A stretch of 64,000 nucleotides of DNA. Origin: Chrysomallon squamiferum. Its lineage: Eukaryota > Animalia > Mollusca. The stretch's first letter is position 1, and every line of letters starts with the position of its first letter. Where the stretch lies: the NCBI GenBank assembly GCA_012295275.1, contig CM022671.1, positions 32,178,001 through 32,242,000 of the forward strand, in the 5' to 3' direction. The notes under the pieces are model-generated. The model did not search any database and was not told the DNA's origin. It saw nothing but the letters and a program-made list of their open reading frames with translations. Made by a program: the position numbers and the translations under genes. Positions 56,018-64,000 of the stretch are shown in pieces.

Positions 56018-58249
56018 TATCCCAGCTAATAGCCTGGTTTGGTAGTATTGCTCCCCCTTTAAGATACTCAAACTATATATCTGATAATGATAGCAAGACT
56101 TGAACAAAAGAAAATACACACTGACTATCAGTTTGTGCTGAGATCAAGGTATGTATGTGTGCATGAATGTGTCGAGTTTGTGTTTATTTGATTTACTTTT
56201 TTTATTTTTTTTATTTTATATATACATAAGATTATTATTATGTGAATTTAAAACACACATAAACAGAATATAACATTTTTAAAACAGATGATAATAGAAT
56301 AAACATTACTATATTTGTTTGAAAATTGGGCAGGCATATAAAATGTAATTTTTAAGAAAATATTAAATTTACTTAGTAATAGTGAACACAGAAGTAATTG
56401 TTTCTAAAGTTTAACAGCAGATATTTGTTTTCTACATTTATTATATATGATTTTATTATTTTTTATTTATTTATTTATTAATTTATTAATTTATTTTTAT
56501 TTTACAAATTATCTACATACGAGAACATTAATGTCTGTCACTGCTGATGTTTCATCACACTAATAATCTACCAACATTAACAGAACCTTTTCTCCTTGCC
56601 TCCAGTCATGCTGTACTTCTTGTTATTTCAGTGAGAATCTACTATTTATTATTTGTGTCAAAACAAGATTATTTGGAAAGGTTGAAAAGGCATTGGCTCT
56701 TAGTTTTTACAGCTTTGCACCAAAGTTTATTGTTGTGAGCGGATGCAGGTGTCAACAGCAACATGGTGCACCTCATTAAGTATTTGGTTGGCAGGGTGTA
56801 TGAGTGGATTGATGTCATGAATGATTTCTTTTTTCTTTTCTTTTTTTTTTTTTTTTTTTAAATTGAAGGAATTGATGAGTACAATGGATTCAAAATCATG
56901 AAATTTTAGGGGAAGGAATGGAATGTTTTGTTGAGTTGAAGGAATGGATGTATAGTCGTTTCAGAATCTTGAAATGTTCTGTTAAATTCCGGAAATGGAT
57001 TAAGGGGGTCTTGAAATTTTGAAATGTTTTATTAATTTGATAATGGTTCTTAAATTGTTTTTGTCAGATGATAATGGTGGACAGGATACAAAAGATAAAT
57101 ATAAAAGATTCTAATTTTTGAAAAATTTAATTTCTGTGTTACTGTTTCAGTCTAGAAATATTATATTAAATATTTGAGAAGGGAAATTCTCAGAGTGTAC
57201 ACATTTCACATATTGATGAAGTTTTTAGGAGGACTGCATGCATTAAAAACACAATACAGACCTACATTTAGCAAACTGGTTTATTGCTGGTACAAAAAAT
57301 ATCAGTTTGCTCCATGCTTAGCAAATATCTATTTTAAATCAGCACTTAGTAACATTTTCAGCTGTGTTTAATTTTGCTGACCTGCTAAAATTAGATAGGA
57401 ACATTTTTTTTTTACAGTAATTCAATATCAAGCAAAAAAACATTACAAAAACAAATTAAATAAACTTTTTCTTTATTTCCTGTTATTATTTATTTATTTA
57501 TTTATTTTTAAAATTATTAACAATATTTTCTTGTTGGATATGTTCTCAAATTATTTATGTCTTTTGTTAAAAATAGGAATTTTTCTCAATGCTTGTGTTA
57601 TTTGAAAATGTCTTTCTATATTATTTTTTTTTATACTATATTTTAATATTTTATCGATTCAAAATGTAACATAACCCTCAAAGGCTATTAAATATATGAA
57701 TATCTATTACAGTCTGATAAAATGTCACATGTGAATATTAACTGAAGGCAAGAGAATTTTCTCTGTCAAAAGCTGCATTGATATTCAGTGTGCTGTGTTG
57801 GATGTCATTTAAAACGTTTTATCAAGAGAAATTTCCCTGGTATACTTGTTATCTCAACTAGCAATGTTATTCCCATATTTGTCTAGATAACACCATGTCT
57901 AGTGCTGATTTCAGCTTAATGTCAATTCATGGCTCTGTCGATTGCTGTTTTATGATCAAGTGCATTAAAGCTGGGACAAGCATTCTCAGTGTTGCTGGTG
58001 GGCTTTTCAAATTTGTGAATGATGGCCCATTGAATCTGTCAGCCCGGCCCTTGTAACTTCTCAATCCCTTCAATACAAGACAGATTTTGTTTTCCCAACG
58101 TTTTTCAGGCTAACAATTGAGGGTTACTATTCTAGGATCAAAGATCTCTTAACCCAGTGTTGTTGTTTCAGAATACCACTGTTCCTGATTTGCTAGGATA
58201 TATTTTTTTCCCCCCTTTTTTTTCTGTTAAGCTGCTGGTTGGCCAGTGA

Positions 58250-58910
58250 TCTTGCACACCGTGCTGCTAGACTGAGCACAAATGAACAGCATTTTGTGAG
58301 CGTTGGTTTATTCCCATTGAAAGAACAGCCTGTGGTGAGACGGCTACAGACAGCTTCGTGCAGTCAAGTGCGAGGATCGCTTGTGTGGTACAGCCCCGGA
58401 TTCAATGAAAACACTGAATACCTTTGGGATAGTGTCAAAGCAGCTGCTTAAACACACCAGTCAGCCGGCAGCCATTTTGTTGTGGCAGTTGAGAGGAAGA
58501 GAAGACGACTAAAGGTTTCCCTTCACTGTGTCTTTACTGGGAGTTTTTCAGAAAAAAGGAAAGAAACGGGGAAAAAAACAAAAAAGCTTGTGATTATTAT
58601 TCTCTGTGGATCAGTTAATGTTTTTCACGAGTTGGTGCTGTACTGGTGTTATTGATATTTGTCACTTTCTCACAAAAGGAATTATGTTTGCTTTGCTAGA
58701 AACGGTTTTGTTGGATTAGATTTTTATTTTCTCTTTCTCTGTCTGTGTGTTGGCAGTGTTTGGTAGCAGCACTCGCTGTGTGTCGTGTGTGATTCATTGC
58801 AAGTATTGACCAAGGCTTCTCTTTATTCTGCGGCTGATATTTGTAGTTGTGGATTTTTTCATTAATACATAATTTAGGTTCTTTGACAAGGAAGCACTTT
58901 CCATTACAAG
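58250..58910 (+). promoter_or_regulatory. Candidate intronic alternative promoter and non-coding first exon
   Basis: Local GC and CpG enrichment at 58250-58510. YY1-like GCCATTTTG at 58471-58479. UTR-like sequence ending at consensus donor CAAG|GTGAGT (58910/58911). Confidence 0.5.
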
Positions 58911-59057
58911 GTGAGTTAAATTTGTAATTGCTAAAATTAGCTTCTCATGTTGAATTATTAACATGAATAGAGCAGGATTACAAGGAAACTGGGATATTTA
59001 TTACAGTTACATTAATACATACTCTGATCCATTAATCTAGAGGCCTCCTGCTACTGT

Positions 59058-59335
59058 ATCATTGTAACTTGCTTAATATATACTATTAAATTCCATTCTA
59101 GTTAGGCTGATATGTACTTTGATATATGTACCATTGTAATTAGATTCATAAATATTTGATATATCACTGTTGTTAGATTTAATATATTACATTCAGAATT
59201 AGGTGGATATATATTTTTATATAATTATATATATGTCTCATTCTAGGTTAATATATATCTAGATGTGTCATTGTGTATAAATTCATGTATTTCAATGTTC
59301 CATTGTAATTAGGTTGATACACTTAATATATTATT
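59058..59335. repeat. Degenerate minisatellite, ~36-bp unit
   Basis: Recurrent ccatt(g/c)ta(a/g)ttag(g/a)ttgatat...tgatatat units. Confidence 0.6.
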
Positions 59336-60156
59336 GAGGTTGATTACTGGGTTTTTTAAATTCAACAAATGAAGATAAATTAATGAAGTGCCTTGAACAA
59401 CAGTGATGATAATCATCATCTTCATGTTATTATTATTATTATTATTATTATTAATTTGTCACATTCACTGCACCAGATAAATTTTCTTTTATTTTAGAAG
59501 GAAATCATTATAGTTTTTAAGTAATCATCTCGGTTATCATGCATCTTTTTATGTGTTTTGTTTGTTTTTTCAAAACTGTATTTATTAAGTGTAAAGAGTA
59601 ATATTTTATTGTTACCTCTTCGATATCATTCTAGTAAATAATACATATTTAGCCCCATCTTTTTTATTTCCAAACATTTTATTTTATATATAAATATTCA
59701 ATTATTATTATTATTATGAATTAGAAAACAGAAATTAATTCAAGTAGGTCTTGCATAGTTCAAATGCAATGAAGTGAATTTTGAAAATATATAGATACAT
59801 TTTTTTTTAAAACTATGAATTTCACAAAACTGAAAAGGGCATTGAACAGCAAGATGTATTAATTATTCATATGAAATTGTTTCTGCACCAACTGTACGCC
59901 TTCTTGCACATGAAACATTAATCAGTGGCTCTAGACACAGCCAAGAATAATACACAGAAAATGAATAAAATAGAAGAAAATATTTATAGTGCAAGAAAAT
60001 TAATAACAATCATAAAAATAAAAATAAAGCAGACAGTAAAAAAAAAACTAATCACTGAAAATTTATCACATCATTTCAGAACTGAAAAATGGGAATTTAA
60101 ATAGTTTGTGGTTTAAAAGGTTTTTGTTGTTGTTGTTGTTGTTAGTGGTTTTATAC

Positions 60157-60194
<38 letters not shown>

Positions 60195-62816
60195 TTTTCT
60201 TTTCCCGTTTTTGGAAAATATAATTTATTAATCTTTTACAACATTTTTTTTCTGTCTTTCTTTCATTTCTCTGTTCAGTCTTTTGTGAAAACCTGTAGAC
60301 AGAGTTAATACAAGTTTTTGTACTGGCTTTAAATAAATAATGATCTAAGGTGCATAATAAAGCATTTACAAATCAGAGGTAAATGAGTACACTGCCATGT
60401 ACATGAATTAAACTTGCTGTATATGGAACGTGCTGGAGGTATAAATAGAACATCTAGAACACTAAGCCTACACAAAAAGAACATTTGAAAAATTGCTCTT
60501 GCTAATGCTTTAGAGGTGGGTTATACTTGCTTGTCCTCTACTTCAAAGATGAACTTCAAAGTGGGTGAAAAAAAAAATGCTGAATTTATTATTCCCTGTT
60601 GTCTTTTACATTGCGCATTACCTCAGTGAATAGTTCCTTGCATGACAGAGCACATTTAGCAACTAATGTACTCCGAAAACCATAATTGACTGCTAATGGG
60701 AATTCAGCTTTTGCAATAATTGATGAGGGTGGCGCGTTAGTTCCTGTGTGTGTGATAAAATTTGTTTAATAATTTACGTGGAGCCTTTAAAAAGGATTGA
60801 CTTCGGGCTGTGTTCATGAGGAATGTAGAGTCCATTCCACATGCTGCTTTACAGTATTCATTTCTATCTTGTTCTTTTTTCCTCTTACCTCTTGAGCTCT
60901 TTCTGTAATTTTTATTATACTTTTTTCTCATCATTCCTACTCATTTTTTCTTTCTTTTCTACTAACATATTTTCTTCTCTTTTCATATTTCTATGTTTTT
61001 AACTTTCTTTCTTTTTTTTTAATTTAATAATTGGTAGTCAAAAATAGGAATGATTTAAAAAAAAAATTAAAATTAAAAAGAAATAGATCAACAATAGAAA
61101 AGAGGAAAGGAAATTAGTACCATTTTTTTAAAAATTGGTTTTAAAAAAATGTTGCAGGAAAAATTGATGTTGACGGTAACAACTTGTAAGATGTCAGGCT
61201 GTTTGAAATATTTGAGAAATTCTGCTGTCAACCTCATCAAAACATTCTAAAAAGAGAATTCTTTCTTCATTTTTTATTCTCCAAATTTAAATTTATAAAA
61301 TGTCAGTGGTTTCTAGGACTCTTTTTTGTAAAAATTTTTTTACTTATTAATACCAGAATTTTAAGAATCTTTTTTTTTTTTCTTTATAAAGTTTCTCCTT
61401 TTTATTGTGGTTTAGACCATTATTTTAGGCCTGACTTTCAGAAAAAATTTTTTATTCCAGGTTGCACTTACTGCTTCCATTCTTCTTGTTTCTGACATGT
61501 TTATTTTGAAAAGTTTTATCTCACTGGTCATTTTGATAAGAAAAACACTTGATATACCAGAACAAATATTGTTTTTGTCTGTGAAGATGAGTAAAAACAA
61601 ATATATAAAAAAAACTAGAGGGACCAAAAATACTCAGATGTCAGAAACCTCCTTTAGTTATTCTTGTCATACAACTGACATGTTGTTCTTCCGAAACACA
61701 AACCTCATTACCATGGCTATTCATAATACACTGGACATTTTCTTACCTCAAACAACACAGTGAAGAAGAAGAAGAAGAAAAAAATAATAAACAGAAAAAG
61801 ATTCTTTTTTCATTACTGGCAACAGTTGGCGCACATTCCTTACCCTCCCAAGTACAGAGGCATCCAATTATAATTGTTTTTGTTAGCTTGTATTTGTTTA
61901 GCTTTGTAATTGGAAAAACAGTGTTGTGACATGTTAATCCACAATTCTGGTAGACAGGTTAAGTCTCAAGTGTTCCTGATGATGTTTCTTCTCTATTAAC
62001 TAGATTCATTTGGTTTCTGTGCTAGTAGTTACATTCATTCATTTTGGTGTCCTCATTGTTTTTCCTCTTCTTGTCCTTTTTCTTTTGTTTCTCAGTTTGT
62101 CTTCCTCACCCTGTGTGTGCGTATGCTCTTTTCTTTTCTGTATATTATGTATTTTTCATTTCTGAGTTATTTTTATTATTTGTTAATTTTAAACTGTAAG
62201 GCACTGATTGAAGATAGTATGGTTTTGATTATTATTATTATTATTATTTATTTATTTATTTTTTATTATTTGTTATTATTTGTTTTATTTTTTTATTTTT
62301 TGGCATTGGATATTAAAATGGTGTCTAACCATAAATCAAATACAATTTTGCCCTGAGCATTTATTTATTTATTTTATTTTATTTTATTTTACTGAATTTT
62401 TAATTTTTTAATTTTATTTAATTTTATTTATTTTTTTATTTTTTTTTGTTCTTGTTCTTGTTGCTCCATGACGCTGCAAATATTTTCAAACTAACAAATT
62501 CCCAGGCTTGCATATTCCCTTTTCAAATTTTTTTTAAATGACATCTGATTGTAATTACTGCTTCTAGCTTTCAACAAAAAACCCTGCTTTTTACATTATG
62601 TATTAACCATGTATGTGTTGCACATAAATTTGATTTGTTTGTCATGTTTTATGCCAGTGTCTTTTATTAGATCGCTGACAAATAATACAGCTTCCCATTA
62701 GCGTAAAGTTACAACTGTAGTGTCACACACTTCATTAAACACAAGTAACACTGCTTACCATAATAATTAATTCAAACTGTAACTTCGACATTATAAAAGT
62801 ATCAAGAGCTTTTAAA

Positions 62817-62854
<38 letters not shown>

Positions 62855-64000
62855 CTTTTTTTCTTTTTTTGCAAATGTTTTTCTAAAGCATTTAGTAAAA
62901 TGATTTATAAAAAAATTTCTTAGGTAAAGCTACTGTAAAGCTTTGGTATATTTCAAGTTGAAGGTTTATTTTTCAGAATAAGCTGCCTCTATCTATCTGT
63001 GTCTTTTATTTCTCTCTCTCTACCTCCCCAACTATTTCTATTTTCTGTTTTATTTTCCTCTCACATTAAAATAGCAACCTTTTCTATAATTTTGTATTTA
63101 AATAGATCTTTTTTTTTTATCTTCTTTTTCTTCGAGGAAAAGAAAGAAAAAAAAGACAACAAAAAACACTTTATTTAATTTGGCAGCTCCAATCAAATGT
63201 TTTTTTTCTCCCCCGTCTTATAAAAATGGTGACATTCTCACTTCTTTGGAATAAATCAATGACGTGCTTTCAGTGAAGGAGGGAGTGACTCTTTGAACAT
63301 GTCTAATTTGTGCTGTTTCCCTGTGACAGTTTGTTTGGTAACTTTAGAATATCTTCTCAGGTTCAAGTCCTTTTGATGATCTCATTAAAGGCATCTGCTA
63401 GTCAGACTTTGAAGTTGTTTTCTAGTGTGACCCAGCAAAACCCAGGTCTGTGTTCACCAGATTACTGTAATCAGCTTTTGCTTGAAATGAAATGATAGGT
63501 TTATGTTGGAGATAACCATTTTGTTTTTGTAATGATATGTCGAATTATTTTTTTAAAAATAATTACTCATACATAGCCTGGGTCTCAATTAATTTGTAAT
63601 ATGGTCCCTTAAGCCATTCTGATTATTTTAACTGATTTTAATTTTCCTTTTCAGTTTGTTTTATTTCTGGCTAATGATTCAGTGTAATAATAATAAACAG
63701 GGTATTTCTGTAACTGGTGTATGTATTATATCTGCACACACCACAGTGGCAGTTTCATAGTACTGCAACCCTCTTAAATAAAGCCTTTGTGGTTGACTGG
63801 GTTTGTTGACTGGTGAGGCTATGTCCTGTGTTAAAAAGACAGTTTATCTGGAATACTTCACCCTTGAGACTAGCTGTATGGAGACATGTATTTGGATTAG
63901 GTGATAGATAAACAGTCACTGTGTCCCGGGGGAGTTGGTGAGATCAGTTGAGTTTATCTAGCCATGCTATTTAATTGATTCTGGATATTTGCAGCTGTAC

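Larger units (their letters stand above)
33913..64000 (+). other. Large intron (>30 kb); the next expected exon (ASD..S..LF-like) was not found in the window
   Basis: Starts GTAGGT. I saw no downstream acceptor followed by the family motif. Confidence 0.7.

Noticed and set aside
56026-56148. Poly-T acceptor to AAG|GTATGT donor, 123 nt
   Set aside because: In-frame TGA at 56101, no homology, and the acceptor derives from a simple poly-T run. Likely a pseudo-exon.
58239-58451. ORF beginning ASDL as the expected next AUTS2 exon (ASD...)
   Set aside because: No acceptor directly before GCC AGT GAT, and the following residues do not match the family.
151-63495. The 60-135 aa ORFs in the six-frame track
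   Set aside because: Low-complexity F/L/I/K-rich translations of AT-rich or microsatellite DNA. Only 24627-24905 and 27022-27210 overlap real exons, and only in part.

Overview
Very AT-rich (roughly 30% GC by eye), CpG-depleted animal DNA with a poly-T bias on the + strand. It is almost entirely intronic. None of the listed ORFs is a stand-alone gene. Three small phase-0 exons on the + strand (24690-24824, 135 nt; 27049-27084, 36 nt; 33880-33912, 33 nt) splice in frame to ...PRCVSRDRLSD|TSTHSSSGQGYI|PECDSATDDDK. From memory, this matches the N-terminal motif and exon boundaries of the AUTS2/FBRSL1/tay family (human AUTS2 SRERLSD|SSAPSSLGTGYF|CDSDSDQEEK, exons 3-5). The window therefore appears to be the long-intron 5' half of an AUTS2 orthologue, probably from an invertebrate; the taxon is inferred only. 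The flanking introns are >24.6 kb and >30 kb, I recognise no transposons in them, and they alternate short complex enhancer-like islands with low-complexity A/T spacers. Candidate regulatory features: a NAGNAG acceptor, a possible recursive-splicing site (CAG|GTGAGT at 36420), up to three intronic alternative first exons (~45.6, ~47.9, ~58.5 kb) that would give N-truncated isoforms, a possible 36-nt poison microexon, and two degenerate minisatellites.
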